The notes below the pieces were generated by a model that saw nothing but the letters and a program-made list of their open reading frames with translations, did not search any database and had not been told where the DNA came from. The translations under genes and the position numbers were made by a program. Positions 9,577 through 20,155 of a stretch of 64,000 bases of DNA are shown here, piece by piece. Source of the DNA: Candidatus Moranbacteria bacterium GW2011_GWE2_35_2- (GTDB lineage Bacteria > Patescibacteriota > Minisyncoccia > Moranbacterales > UBA9337); assembly GCA_000990585.1 (NCBI GenBank), contig LBQD01000002.1, positions 184,016 through 248,015 of the forward strand, in the 5' to 3' direction. Positions within the stretch are counted from its first letter, which is position 1; every line of letters begins with the position of its first letter.

Positions 9577-10128
9577 ATGGGAATTGGATTGATTTTATTA
9601 ATTGTTCTTATTATTGTGGCGGTGTGGGTTCTTGGGATTTATAACAGTTTAATCAAATTGAAAAATAGAGTGGATGAAGCATGGAGCGATATTGATGTGC
9701 AACTCAAAAGGCGTTATGATTTAATTCCGAATTTGATCAACACTGTTAAGGGTTACGCAACGCACGAGAAGGAATTGTTTGAAAAAATAACGCAGGCTCG
9801 AACGGCGGCAATGGGAGCGAAAAATCCGGCAGAAAAAGAACAAACGGAAAATATGCTTTCCGACACCTTAAAATCGCTTTTTGCGGTGGCGGAAAATTAT
9901 CCGGATTTAAAAGCCAATCAAAATTTTTTGGAATTGCAACGCGAACTTTCTGATACAGAGAATAAAATTCAGGCATCCAGAAGATTTTACAATGGCAATG
10001 TTCGTGATTTCAATACTAAAATTGAGGTTTTTCCAAATAATTTGATTGTCGGAATGTTGAATTTTACCAAGCGCGAATTTTTTGAAGCTGAGGAGAGGGA
10101 GAAAGAAAATGTGAAAGTGGAATTCTAA
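9577..10128 (+). CDS. lemA: LemA family protein
   Basis: N-terminal TM then NSLIKLKNRVDEAWSDIDVQLKRRYDLIPNL signature. Confidence 0.85.
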   Translation: MGIGLILLIVLIIVAVWVLGIYNSLIKLKNRVDEAWSDIDVQLKRRYDLIPNLINTVKGYATHEKELFEKITQARTAAMGAKNPAEKEQTENMLSDTLKSLFAVAENYPDLKANQNFLELQRELSDTENKIQASRRFYNGNVRDFNTKIEVFPNNLIVGMLNFTKREFFEAEEREKENVKVEF

Positions 10129-10237
10129 TCAAGTTTTTTATTTATAAAATATAAATAGCGTGAAATTTAGTAATAAAGAAAAAGAGGGAATAAAATCTTC
10201 TTTGGGTTGTGAAGGAAATTGTTTTTTAATTTTTACG

Positions 10238-10822
10238 ATGACTCTCACTGTGGTTTTTTTATTAGTGGTTGCCTTTGCATTGTATGAAATTAAGGAGATG
10301 TTAGGAATTCATTTGATTGAAGATGAGAGAAAATATGAAACAGTTAGTGTTAATAATGATAACAGTGCTAATGTTAAATGGAATTTTTTTCAAGACAAAA
10401 ATAAGGATTTCAAGATTTACTATCCGGCTGATTGGATTATGGAAAAAAACAGTGAAAATTCAATTGTTTTAAAGAGAATTCAAGCAGAAGAAATCGGAGA
10501 TTATAAAATGGAATCAATGCTTCTGCGTCTTTCTGTTGATTATTTAAAAAAAGATGAAAATGAAAGTTTGGATGAATTTGTGGCGAAAAATAAAAAAGAT
10601 GGCGATCAATACGAGGTGGTTGTTCCAGGTAAAGATGAAATAAATATAGAAGGGATGGCTATTAATAATTCCATTCCATTTGAATTGCATTGTTTTGACG
10701 GAGATAGTGCGGTTTTGTGTCTCAAAGTTGATTATTATCGAGTCGGAAACACGGAAAAATGTCGCGATACATTCAGGGAAATTGTAGCAAAAGTTGAAAT
10801 AAATAAAGAAAATAAGGAGTAA
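10238..10822 (+). CDS. hypothetical membrane-anchored protein
   Basis: ATG at 10238 followed by TM helix (track start 10160 is GTG); lies between lemA and htpX. Confidence 0.35.
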   Translation: MTLTVVFLLVVAFALYEIKEMLGIHLIEDERKYETVSVNNDNSANVKWNFFQDKNKDFKIYYPADWIMEKNSENSIVLKRIQAEEIGDYKMESMLLRLSVDYLKKDENESLDEFVAKNKKDGDQYEVVVPGKDEINIEGMAINNSIPFELHCFDGDSAVLCLKVDYYRVGNTEKCRDTFREIVAKVEINKENKE

Positions 10823-10826
10823 AAAA

Positions 10827-11714
10827 ATGGCAACATTGTATACGCAAGCCGATCGAAATATAAGACTTACCTGGTTGTATATAACCGGTTTTTTGATATT
10901 CGTAATTGGTGTTGGTTATGTTTTTGCCGGGGCGATGGGGAATAGTACGATTTTGTATGGTGCGGTGATTTTCTCGGTAGTGATGAGCTTCGGATCATAT
11001 TGGTGGAGCGACAAAATCGTTTTGGCGATGAGCGAGGCAAAGGAATTGACCCATGACAACAATCGGGAAATATACCATCTGGTGGAAAATCTCTGCATTA
11101 CCGCCGGCCTTCCTGTTCCCAAGATTTATATCATCCAAGACAGCGCGCCGAACGCTTTCGCGACCGGGCGCGATCCCAAGCACGGGGTTATTTGCCTGAC
11201 GACTGGGATCGTTGAAAAATTAGAAAAGACCGAATTGGAGGGTGTAATCGCGCACGAACTTTCGCATATCGGGAACCGGGATATTCTGCTTTCCACGGTG
11301 GTCGTGATTTTGGTAGGCTTCGTTACGCTTTTGGCGGATTGGTTCCGGCACTGGGCGTTTTTCGGCAGGCGTGGAAGTGATCGCGAAGGTGGTGGGCAAT
11401 TGCAGATTATCCTGATGGTTGCGGCGATTGCGCTTTCGATTTTGGCTCCGATCGCGGCGGTGTTGATGCAATTGGCGATTTCTCGAAAAAGGGAATTTTT
11501 GGCGGATGCCTCCGCAGCCATTCTGACGCGCTATCCGGACGGATTGGCACGCGCTCTGGAAAAGATTTCCGCCGATCAAGAACCGCTGGAAGCCGCTAAC
11601 CGGGCTACGGCGCATCTGTATATCGCCAATCCCTTTAAAAGAAAGAAAGTTTCAAAACTGTTTATGACTCATCCGCCGATCGAAGAAAGAGTTAAGGCGT
11701 TGCGAAATATGTAA
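10827..11714 (+). CDS. htpX: zinc metalloprotease HtpX (peptidase M48)
   Basis: HELSHIGNRD HExxH motif, 4 TM helices, AAGGAG RBS; classic lemA-htpX neighbourhood. Confidence 0.9.
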   Translation: MATLYTQADRNIRLTWLYITGFLIFVIGVGYVFAGAMGNSTILYGAVIFSVVMSFGSYWWSDKIVLAMSEAKELTHDNNREIYHLVENLCITAGLPVPKIYIIQDSAPNAFATGRDPKHGVICLTTGIVEKLEKTELEGVIAHELSHIGNRDILLSTVVVILVGFVTLLADWFRHWAFFGRRGSDREGGGQLQIILMVAAIALSILAPIAAVLMQLAISRKREFLADASAAILTRYPDGLARALEKISADQEPLEAANRATAHLYIANPFKRKKVSKLFMTHPPIEERVKALRNM

Positions 11715-11739
11715 ATATTATTTGCTTGCAATATAATTT

Positions 11740-12174
11740 ATGGAAAGAGAAAAAATAATTCAACCGGAGAAGGCGGAAAACCTCTCGGATGAATTGATAA
11801 GAACCATTTTTGGAAGTACGGATAATTTCAAACAAAGAATAAAACAGGCAACAAAAGAATTGAAAGAAAACGGAACGGAGATGTCCGAGTGTGATTTTGC
11901 AAGATATGTTATTGGAAATGGAAATGCCAATGAATTATCTGAAAAAGAATTTGCAATGATAAAAAGGGAAATAAAAAAAGTGATTAAAGATGCAGACAAG
12001 GGGGATAAGATAAAAAAAATAAGCAAGGGAGGCAGAAAATTATCTTTGCATATTGGGAGAGGGGAGGAAATAGCTACGGATGAAATGGAAAAAGAAGCGA
12101 GGATAAAAGAGGAAAACGAGGAATTGACAGAAACGGGGTTTGATCCGGAAGAAATTCGAAAAGAATTAAAGTAA
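11740..12174 (+). CDS. hypothetical charged protein
   Basis: 144 aa K/E-rich ORF, no recognisable motifs. Confidence 0.3.
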   Translation: MEREKIIQPEKAENLSDELIRTIFGSTDNFKQRIKQATKELKENGTEMSECDFARYVIGNGNANELSEKEFAMIKREIKKVIKDADKGDKIKKISKGGRKLSLHIGRGEEIATDEMEKEARIKEENEELTETGFDPEEIRKELK

Positions 12175-12197
12175 GATATTTTCGAAAAAAATAAAAA

Positions 12198-12227
12198 AAC
12201 GAGTCCGATGTAGGGGCTCGTTATTTT
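12198..12227. terminator. hairpin between convergent genes, putative bidirectional terminator
   Basis: AACGAGTCC-gatgtag-GGGCTCGTT stem-loop followed by T-rich run. Confidence 0.4.
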
Positions 12228-12252
12228 AGTAAGAAAGATACTTTCATCTAGA

Positions 12253-12636
12253 TTACCAATAGTCGATCATATTACTGATTTCTTTTCTTTGATTCTTGGA
12301 AAATTTTTGAAGGAAATCTTTTTTGACACGTAATGCTCTGTTTAAAGCTAGATTTCCTTTAATAACAATAAAAATCAAAACAGCAATTAACATCAAGAGA
12401 TAATATTCATATCTGAATGTTAAAAAACCCTTAATTTGCAAAAACATTGCAATAAGAGTTAATAGAAGAGAAAGAATTAATGTATAAATACAAAAACGAT
12501 GAAAGTTTTTTCTTGGTTGGAAATCCGAGTGGTTTTCTCGAAATTCCAAAAAATCATTGTTGAGTAGATTTTTGTGTTTCAGATATTTTAAATATCCATC
12601 TTGGATATTGCAAAAGTTTTTATCTGATTTTTCCAT
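12253..12636 (-). CDS. hypothetical membrane protein
   Basis: 127 aa ORF with two TM helices. Confidence 0.3.
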   Translation of the reverse strand: MEKSDKNFCNIQDGYLKYLKHKNLLNNDFLEFRENHSDFQPRKNFHRFCIYTLILSLLLTLIAMFLQIKGFLTFRYEYYLLMLIAVLIFIVIKGNLALNRALRVKKDFLQKFSKNQRKEISNMIDYW

Positions 12637-12721
12637 GAACTTTCTCCTTGTTATTATGTTAAATTACTATACGATTTGTGTTATTATTAGGGTAGTTTAA
12701 TATTTGCTATTTGTAAAGGCT

Positions 12722-13153
12722 ATGCAATTTAAGATACCTCGGGATAATGACAAATATCAGTGGACGGCGCATTCGGTGATGAAGATGCGGCAGTATGGGC
12801 TGAGCGCCCAGCGGATTTTGCGCGTGGTGCGCGCTCCGCACAGAAAGGAAGAAGGAATTGTGAAAAAAACCGTTGCCGTGATGCAACCGGTTTCATTTAA
12901 GACTGATAAGGAAGGTAAGCGTACTTGGGGAAGTGAGATTTGGGTGATGTATCAACTAAAAAGAATTAAGAATAAAGAATTAGGAATTAAGGATAATAAT
13001 TCAAAGAAAAATATTCTCAATTCTCAATTCTCAATTCTCAATTCTGCGAGTCAGAAAATTCGCATAATAAGCGCTTGGAAATATCCCGGGGTAAGTCCGA
13101 AAAACAACCCTGTTCCGGAAGATATTTTGCGGGAATTGGAGGATATTGTGTAA
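12722..13153 (+). CDS. hypothetical protein
   Basis: ATG at 12722 (track start is TTG); contains two in-frame heptamer tandem arrays. Confidence 0.3.
   Translation: MQFKIPRDNDKYQWTAHSVMKMRQYGLSAQRILRVVRAPHRKEEGIVKKTVAVMQPVSFKTDKEGKRTWGSEIWVMYQLKRIKNKELGIKDNNSKKNILNSQFSILNSASQKIRIISAWKYPGVSPKNNPVPEDILRELEDIV
12961..13044 (+). repeat. two adjacent heptamer arrays (AAGAATT)n and (ATTCTCA)x4 inside hypothetical gene
   Basis: aagaattaagaataaagaattaggaattaagg ... attctcaattctcaattctcaattctcaattct. Confidence 0.75.
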
Positions 13154-13226
13154 TTTTTATTGTCGTGATAAAATAAAATAAATAGATAATAGTTTATTTA
13201 ATATAAGCATTAATGACAATAAAAAT

Positions 13227-13646
13227 ATGGAAGAATTAAAAAATGCCAATAATGATGAAAAGCAAACAGGAGTAGAAGATAAAAAAGAGGATTTTCAATC
13301 AAATGAAGACATTAAAAAATCTTCAAACGAGAATAAAGGAGCAGAAACGGGCAATGATTCTCAGGAAAATAAAGCGATCGCTTTATTGAGTTATATCTCA
13401 ATTCTTTTTCTGATTCCTCTTTTATTAAAAAAAAGCAGTGCTTTTTGTCAATTTCATGCGAAGCAAGGTATGGTTTTGTTTATTGTTGAAGTTGTCGGAT
13501 GGTTTCTAACTCCATTTTTCGGATTGGGAGTTTTGGTTAATCTTTTTGCGCTGATTCTGATGATTATGGGAATTATTAATGTGCTTAATAATGAAACAAA
13601 GAAGCTTCCTTTGATTGGCGATTTTGCGGATAAGTTTAACTTGTAG
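13227..13646 (+). CDS. DUF4870-like small membrane protein
   Basis: acidic N-terminus then LLSYISILFLIPLLL...HAKQG TM core typical of DUF4870. Confidence 0.4.
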   Translation: MEELKNANNDEKQTGVEDKKEDFQSNEDIKKSSNENKGAETGNDSQENKAIALLSYISILFLIPLLLKKSSAFCQFHAKQGMVLFIVEVVGWFLTPFFGLGVLVNLFALILMIMGIINVLNNETKKLPLIGDFADKFNL

Positions 13647-13748
13647 ATCTGGTTATTTTTTGCAATAAATCTTTCAAAGCAGGCGGTTTTTAGAAAGTTG
13701 CCTGTTTTGATTTAGAGAGAAGTGCGATAAAATCAAAATAGAAAAAAT

Positions 13749-15200
13749 ATGCAAATTGAAGAAATATCCCGTTCATACAACAAAAAAACAAAAATAGTAG
13801 CAACAATTGGGCCAGCATCTGAGTCTGAAGAAAAATTGGAAAAAATGATAAAAGCGGGGATGAATGTCGCTCGGCTTAATTTTTCTCATGGGACGCACGA
13901 ATGGCATGGAAAAATAATTAAGAGAATTAGAAAAATTTGCGCAAAACTAAATGCCAACATTGGAATTCTGGCTGATTTACAAGGTCCGCGTATTCGCGTA
14001 CAAACAAATGGCGATATTGATGCAAAAAGAGGAAAAGAAATTTTAGTGAGCGATGTTCGTTATCGTAAGGTGGTTTCCGATATGTCTGCGAGCATATTTT
14101 TCTTGGATCATCCCGGAATTATCGATGGGATTAAAGAAGGGAATGAAATTTTAGTGGAAGATGGATTGATAAAAGTCAAAGTGATAAAAAAAGAGAAGAA
14201 TTTTTTGCGAACAAAAGTTATTGATGGAGGAATGATCAAAAATCGTAAAGGAGTAAATATTCCGGATGCCCAATTGAATATTGGAGTAATAACTAAAAAA
14301 GATGATTTGGATTTGAAATTTTCTCTTGAAAACGGAGTGGATTTCGTTGCTCTTTCATTTGTCAGCAGCGCGAAAGATATTTTAGATTTGAGAAAAAAGA
14401 TGAAACGTATTTTAGGAAAAAAAGATAGTCCTCAGATTATTGCAAAAATAGAAAGAAAAGAAGCGATTAAAAATCTGGATGAAATAATTGAACAAACCGA
14501 TATAGTAATGGTAGCACGCGGAGATTTGGGGATTGAATTAGATCCGAGCAAGGTAGTGATTTGGCAGAAAGAAATAATCAAAAAGAGTCTCAAGAAAGCC
14601 AAGCCAGTAATTGTGGCAACACAAATGCTTAATAGTATGATTGAAAATCCTCGTCCAACCAGAGCGGAAGTAAGTGATGTTTCAAATGCGGTAATCGATC
14701 ATACGGATGCGGTGATGCTCAGCGGTGAATCTGCCAGTGGAAAATATCCGATTGAAAGCGTGAAAATGATGACAGAAATCATTAAAAATACGGAAGAATC
14801 GCCTTTTGATGACGTATATAAATATATGGATTTGCATATTACCACTGAATATGCGACAGTGGTTCGCAGCGCCTATGAAATTGCTAAAAGTTATGATGTG
14901 AAAGCGATTGTGATGATAAGTCTTAGTGGATTTACAGCTAGGCTGGTTTCCCATTTTCGCCCTGATCAAAATATTTTGGTTGTGACGAATAATACTAAAA
15001 CTTTCAATCAATTTTCTTTAGTTTGGGGGATAAGTGGTTATCTTTTTGAAGGCGATGAAAAATTGGAAACTTTAATTGATAAGATGCTTGTCAAAGCAAA
15101 AAAAGAAAAGTGCGTGAATGCCGGTGACAATGTGGTGGTAATTGTCGGTAGAGATTGTAGCGGAAATAAAATGCGTCTAGTTGGAATTCGTAGAGCTTGA
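13749..15200 (+). CDS. pyk: pyruvate kinase
   Basis: KTKIVATIGPAS...NVARLNFSHG, MVARGDLGIE motifs. Confidence 0.9.
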   Translation: MQIEEISRSYNKKTKIVATIGPASESEEKLEKMIKAGMNVARLNFSHGTHEWHGKIIKRIRKICAKLNANIGILADLQGPRIRVQTNGDIDAKRGKEILVSDVRYRKVVSDMSASIFFLDHPGIIDGIKEGNEILVEDGLIKVKVIKKEKNFLRTKVIDGGMIKNRKGVNIPDAQLNIGVITKKDDLDLKFSLENGVDFVALSFVSSAKDILDLRKKMKRILGKKDSPQIIAKIERKEAIKNLDEIIEQTDIVMVARGDLGIELDPSKVVIWQKEIIKKSLKKAKPVIVATQMLNSMIENPRPTRAEVSDVSNAVIDHTDAVMLSGESASGKYPIESVKMMTEIIKNTEESPFDDVYKYMDLHITTEYATVVRSAYEIAKSYDVKAIVMISLSGFTARLVSHFRPDQNILVVTNNTKTFNQFSLVWGISGYLFEGDEKLETLIDKMLVKAKKEKCVNAGDNVVVIVGRDCSGNKMRLVGIRRA

Positions 15201-15279
15201 CTTTTGGTTATAAATAAGTATTATTAACTCTGATTAGCGAGGGTATAATTTAGTTATTGTTTTTGCGCGCATAAAAAAA

Positions 15280-15364
15280 GGAGAGGTGGCCGAGCGGTTT
15301 AAGGCGCACGCTTGGAAAGCGTGTTGAGGGAAACTTCACGCAGGTTCAAATCCTGTCTTCTCCG
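15280..15364 (+). tRNA. tRNA-Ser (anticodon GGA)
   Basis: acceptor GGAGAGG/CTTCTCC, anticodon stem CACGC/GCGTG with loop TTGGAAA, long variable arm, T-arm GGTTCAAATCC. Confidence 0.85.
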
Positions 15365-15365
15365 C

Positions 15366-17159
15366 ATGAATTCCAATACTGAAGAAATTAAGGCGAGGGT
15401 AAATATTGTCGATTTTATCGGTGGATATGTTCGCTTGCAAAAAGCCGGCTCAAGTTGGAAAGCTTGTTGCCCTTTTCATAATGAAAAAACACCTTCGTTT
15501 GTCGTTAATGAGGAAAAACAATTTTGGCATTGTTTCGGTTGTGGAAAAAGCGGAGACATCTTCACTTTTTTGATGGAAATGGAAGGAATCGATTTTCGTG
15601 AAGCACTTAAGGTTTTGGCCGATAGGGCGGGAGTGGAGCTTCCGGAATATAATCCGCAAAAAGAAAAAGAAAAAAATCGAGGTGCGGATATTTTGGAACT
15701 TTCCGCAAAATTTTATGAAAAACAACTTTGGGAAGGAATGGGAAAAGTAAAAACATTTGAATATTTGAGGCAAAGAGGATTGAAAGATGAAATAATTAAA
15801 GAATTTCGTTTGGGATATGCTCCTGACGGATGGCGGAATTTGCTGGATTTTTTGCTTAGTCGGGGCTATAGAATGGAAGAAATTTCCAAAACCGGAGTAG
15901 TAGTTATTAAACAAGATAATTCGCAGCGTTTTTATGACCGCTTTAGAAACAGGATTATTTTTCCCATTGCCGACGCAATGGGAAAAATTGTTGGTTTTAC
16001 GGCGAGAGTGGCTCCAGGAGACGATGAATCGCAGGCAAAATATGTAAATACTCCAGAATCGGAGTTTTATCACAAAAGTCGGATTTTATATGGAATTGAT
16101 AAAGCTAAGGGAGAAATAAAAAGCAAAGATCGAGCGATTTTAGTAGAGGGGAATATGGATGTTATTGCTTCGTATCAAGCCGGAATAAAAAATACGATTG
16201 CAGTTTCCGGTACGGCGCTCACGCAGCAACAAATAGATATCATTAAGCGTTACACGAAAAACTTATACTTGTTTTTTGATGCTGATACGGCTGGTCGGCA
16301 GGCGGCGGTGCGAAGTTGTGAGATGGCTTTTGCAAATGATTTGAATGTTTTTATTATCGAACCTTCCGAAGGAAAGGACGCAGCTGACATTGCGCAGAAA
16401 AACCCCGCTGATTTGTTGAAATTGACAGAAGAAGCTGTTGAGGCGATGGAATATTTTTTGCAAAAATTTTTCAAAAAATATAATCCGGAAAACATTATTG
16501 AAAAGAAGAAAATTGTTCAGGATTTTGTTGCGCTGATAATTAATTTTCCCAAAGAAATCGATCGTCAACATTGGGGAAAAAAATTGGCCGAGCGGCTGGG
16601 TATTAATGAAAAAGTTATTTATGAAGAAATATCTTTAGCGAGTAACAGAGCGAATGTATATCCAAAAACAAAATTACGACAAGAAGCGGGTGTTTTTTCC
16701 AAAACAGAAAAAAGAAGTACTGTTATCGGAGAAAAAATATTTTCCTTATTTTTTGGAAATGAGGATGTTTGGAGAATGGCGGAAGAGAAACGTGGAAAGG
16801 AAATAGCGGAATATTTTGCGGATAATGTTTTTTTTGCAAATATTTTATCGCTGGGCAGAGAAAATGATTTTAAATTTGATAAATTTGAATTATTGATTGA
16901 TGATGAAAAAGAGCGGAAATTTTTAAGGAAAATGAAATTTTCAAGCGCTGAAGAGAATATTAATAAAGGCAATGACGTGCTATTTGACGAGGAATGGAAA
17001 TATTTCGAACAATTGATGGAGGAATTGAAAAAAGAAAAAAAGAAGGAATATGTCGATTTTTTGGTCAAAGAGATTGCGTTGGCTGAAAAAGATGGGGATA
17101 AAGAGAGAGTAAAAAAAATAGCGCAGAAATTGTCAGAGTTGTCTCGGGAAGATAAATAA
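15366..17159 (+). CDS. dnaG: DNA primase DnaG
   Basis: CPFHNEKTPSF...WHCFGCGKSGD CHC2 zinc finger and Toprim region; ATG at 15366 abuts tRNA-Ser 3' end (track start 15312 lies inside the tRNA). Confidence 0.9.
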   Translation: MNSNTEEIKARVNIVDFIGGYVRLQKAGSSWKACCPFHNEKTPSFVVNEEKQFWHCFGCGKSGDIFTFLMEMEGIDFREALKVLADRAGVELPEYNPQKEKEKNRGADILELSAKFYEKQLWEGMGKVKTFEYLRQRGLKDEIIKEFRLGYAPDGWRNLLDFLLSRGYRMEEISKTGVVVIKQDNSQRFYDRFRNRIIFPIADAMGKIVGFTARVAPGDDESQAKYVNTPESEFYHKSRILYGIDKAKGEIKSKDRAILVEGNMDVIASYQAGIKNTIAVSGTALTQQQIDIIKRYTKNLYLFFDADTAGRQAAVRSCEMAFANDLNVFIIEPSEGKDAADIAQKNPADLLKLTEEAVEAMEYFLQKFFKKYNPENIIEKKKIVQDFVALIINFPKEIDRQHWGKKLAERLGINEKVIYEEISLASNRANVYPKTKLRQEAGVFSKTEKRSTVIGEKIFSLFFGNEDVWRMAEEKRGKEIAEYFADNVFFANILSLGRENDFKFDKFELLIDDEKERKFLRKMKFSSAEENINKGNDVLFDEEWKYFEQLMEELKKEKKKEYVDFLVKEIALAEKDGDKERVKKIAQKLSELSREDK

Positions 17160-17239
17160 AATATTGTTTTTGAAGTAAAAGTAGTATAAAATTAGTAGCA
17201 GAAAAACCTTTCAGTTCTTAATGTAAAAATATATAAGTT

Positions 17240-18589
17240 ATGAGCAAGACAACTAAGAAAAAAAGTAAAATAAAGAAGACTAAAAAAACAATGCCTAAAA
17301 AGTTGACAAGCAAAGTTGCAAAGAAGCAAAAGGCAAGGGTTGGGCAAAAAAAGCGCAATGTTAAGAAAATAAAGAAAATTGCAAATAAAAAGAAGTCTAC
17401 TGCAAAAAAGATGGTAAGGAAAACCGGCGGTTTGTTGCGTGCGAAAAAAACAACCGGTAAATCGGCAAAATTAAAACAGTCGCAATCAAAAAAAGAAAAT
17501 TTATTGGAAGAACTTGTATCTCGAGGGAAAATTAGAGGGTTTATAACCGAGGATGAAATTATTCATATAATTCCGGAAATAGAAAAAGATTTGGATGATC
17601 TGGAGAATTTATACGAAAAATTGGAAACCAACGGAATTAGAGTGGTGGGATCGGGCGAAATGATAAAGATGGAAGTGGACGCGACAGCAGAAAACTTCGA
17701 GAAAGAAAAAAATAGAAAAGAAAAAGAAAGACAGACGATAATTAACGAGGGAGAAGCTAATTCTTCCGATTCAGTACAAATGTATTTGAAAGAAATTGGA
17801 AGAGTTCCATTGCTTAAGACTGAGGATGAAATTCGTTTGGCGAAATTGAACGAAAAAGGTGATTTGGCCGCTAAAAAACAGCTTACAGAAGCTAATTTGC
17901 GGTTGGTGGTAAGTATTGCTAAAAAATATGTAGGGCGTTCGCATAATTTGGGCCTCTTGGATTTGATTCAGGAAGGAAATATTGGATTGTTTCGGGCGGT
18001 CGAAAAATTCGATTATCGTAAGGGGTATAAATTTTCCACTTATGCGACTTGGTGGATTCGTCAGGCGATTACGCGTGCGCTGGCCGATCAATCCAGAACA
18101 ATTCGTATTCCGGTGCATATGGTGGAGACTATCAATAAATATATTCAAATAACGCGCCGCCTTGTTCAGGAATTGGGACGCGAACCTTTGGCGGAAGAAA
18201 TTGCAGCAGAAATGGATATGGAAGTGGATAAAATCAGGCATATACAAAAAATTTCGCAAGAAACCGTTTCCTTGGAAACCTCAGTTGGAGATAGTGATGA
18301 TGAAAGTGTATTAGGTGATTTTATCGAGGATACAGAAACAATTATGCCTAATCAGGCGGCTTCAAGAAAATTACTTACCGGTCATGTTGTTGAAGTTCTT
18401 AGTGAGCTTACTCCGCGTGAGCAAAAAATTCTCAAAATTCGTTTTGGATTGGAAGATGGAGTGACTCATACATTGGAAGAAGTCGGGCAGGAATTCGGAG
18501 TAACGCGAGAACGTATTCGTCAAATCGAAGCCAAGGCTTTGGAGAAAATTCGTGATCATTCCGGAGTAGGTAAGTTGAGAGATTATTAG
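17240..18589 (+). CDS. rpoD: RNA polymerase sigma-70 factor RpoD with lysine-rich N-terminal extension
   Basis: [40 protein letters not shown] region 2, region 4 HTH at C-terminus. Confidence 0.9.
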   Translation: MSKTTKKKSKIKKTKKTMPKKLTSKVAKKQKARVGQKKRNVKKIKKIANKKKSTAKKMVRKTGGLLRAKKTTGKSAKLKQSQSKKENLLEELVSRGKIRGFITEDEIIHIIPEIEKDLDDLENLYEKLETNGIRVVGSGEMIKMEVDATAENFEKEKNRKEKERQTIINEGEANSSDSVQMYLKEIGRVPLLKTEDEIRLAKLNEKGDLAAKKQLTEANLRLVVSIAKKYVGRSHNLGLLDLIQEGNIGLFRAVEKFDYRKGYKFSTYATWWIRQAITRALADQSRTIRIPVHMVETINKYIQITRRLVQELGREPLAEEIAAEMDMEVDKIRHIQKISQETVSLETSVGDSDDESVLGDFIEDTETIMPNQAASRKLLTGHVVEVLSELTPREQKILKIRFGLEDGVTHTLEEVGQEFGVTRERIRQIEAKALEKIRDHSGVGKLRDY

Positions 18590-18600
18590 AATTTTTTTAA

Positions 18601-18652
18601 AATAGATAAATACAAAAAAGACACAATGTGTCTTTTTTGTATTTATCTATTT
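18601..18652. terminator. near-perfect 51-bp palindrome, bidirectional terminator between rpoD and M23 peptidase
   Basis: AATAGATAAATACAAAAAAGACACA-A-TGTGTCTTTTTTGTATTTATCTATT, 25-bp arms. Confidence 0.6.
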
Positions 18653-19930
18653 TAGTAGTGAGTTGTATTTTTCTTTTATTTTTTCAAATTCTGGCATTTT
18701 GTCCGCGTTGAGTATGTTTCCTTTGGGAAGATTTAGCGCCATCGGATTGATCGGATTTCCATTAAGACGCATTCCATAGTCAAGATGCGGTCCGGTCGAC
18801 CAGCCAGTGGAACCGACATAGCCGATTATTTGACCTTGAGAAACTTGCGCGCCGGATTTTATTCCTTTACCGAAGGCGCTGAGATGTCCGTAATGGGTAG
18901 TATATCCATTGGCGTGACGGAGTCGGACTATATTTCCCCAGCCACTTTCCCAACCGGCACTGACAACATCTCCACGAGCAGTGGCGACAACCGGAGTTCC
19001 GGTAGGGGCGGCGTAGTCAATTTGATAGTGAGCGCTCACGGTTTTGGTGATAGGATGAACCCTGGCTCCGGTGTAGCCGGAGGTTATTTGGCGATAACTG
19101 AGCGGAGCGCGCAGAAATTGGCGAACTAGAAAATGTCCTTCGCTATCATAATGTCCATCATCTTCGCCGCCGTTAAAATAATATCCATAGTAATCATTTC
19201 CGGCGTTTGTGAATTTTGCCGCCAAAACTTTTCCGTCCGAAGCTTCTCTTCCATCTCGGATTCTTTTTTCATAAACAATGATAAAACTGTCTCCTTGGCG
19301 AATTTCTGTGGTAAAATCTATGTCAAAAGAAAAGATATCGGCAATTTCCAAAATGGTGGATTCGCTTATTCCGGCATTGAGCGCATCAATGTATAAAAAA
19401 TTATCAATATTTACTCGGGAGGTTTTTTGAGAGATTTCATATTTGATTTCTTCTTCGTGAACTTCAAAAGAATCTCCATTTTTTTGGGCGACAATCATTG
19501 TCTCCGTGTTGCGGTCATATTCAATACGGGTAGCACAATTATTCTTATTGTCAAAATAAAAACGAATATTCTTTCCGATTTTGATGTTTGTGAAATCGTA
19601 AGTATCTTTCGAAGCTGTCAAAAGGGCAATGATATCATTGGCATCCAACTTTCCGTGTTCGCTAAAAACTTCCGCTGGAATATCTCCCTCGGAAATAGTG
19701 TGGATTATTGGAGCTTTTTCTTGTTTCTCCGCGGGCGAAGCATTTTCTATAACCGCATCGTTCGGAGAAATGGAGGATTCCAGGGTGATTTCTTTTGAAC
19801 TGGAAAATTTGTCAAACAAGAGATAGATGGCACAAATAAAAAAAATACCAAGCAATAGTTTGAATTTGTGTTTGTTTTTTGCAGGTTTTTCCGATTGCAA
19901 AAATACTTTTTTGTTGTTATATATTTTCAT
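18647..19930 (-). CDS. M23 family peptidoglycan metalloendopeptidase, membrane-anchored
   Basis: HYQIDYAAPTGTPV...GHLS...GSTGWSTGPHLDY LytM-type motifs; N-terminal TM. Confidence 0.8.
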   Translation of the reverse strand: MKIYNNKKVFLQSEKPAKNKHKFKLLLGIFFICAIYLLFDKFSSSKEITLESSISPNDAVIENASPAEKQEKAPIIHTISEGDIPAEVFSEHGKLDANDIIALLTASKDTYDFTNIKIGKNIRFYFDNKNNCATRIEYDRNTETMIVAQKNGDSFEVHEEEIKYEISQKTSRVNIDNFLYIDALNAGISESTILEIADIFSFDIDFTTEIRQGDSFIIVYEKRIRDGREASDGKVLAAKFTNAGNDYYGYYFNGGEDDGHYDSEGHFLVRQFLRAPLSYRQITSGYTGARVHPITKTVSAHYQIDYAAPTGTPVVATARGDVVSAGWESGWGNIVRLRHANGYTTHYGHLSAFGKGIKSGAQVSQGQIIGYVGSTGWSTGPHLDYGMRLNGNPINPMALNLPKGNILNADKMPEFEKIKEKYNSLLK

Positions 19931-20155
19931 TGCTATAAAATACTACGTCTCAATTTCATTCATTATTCATACTGGCATTTTTTTTGGAAATTGACAACCA
20001 AAAATATCCAATCGTGCGGAAAATAAGGTTGCATCTGACATGAAAGAGAACGCGGGGTTGACAAAGTAAACAGGGAGTGATATACTTGACTTTTATGTGA
20101 ATACTTCTTGCGGTATATCAACATAAAACGATTTAATTTTTTATGTTGAAATATC

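Noticed and set aside
15312-15365. ORF-track start of dnaG at 15312
   Set aside because: That stretch lies entirely inside a well-formed tRNA-Ser. The in-frame ATG at 15366 begins the conserved primase N-terminus.
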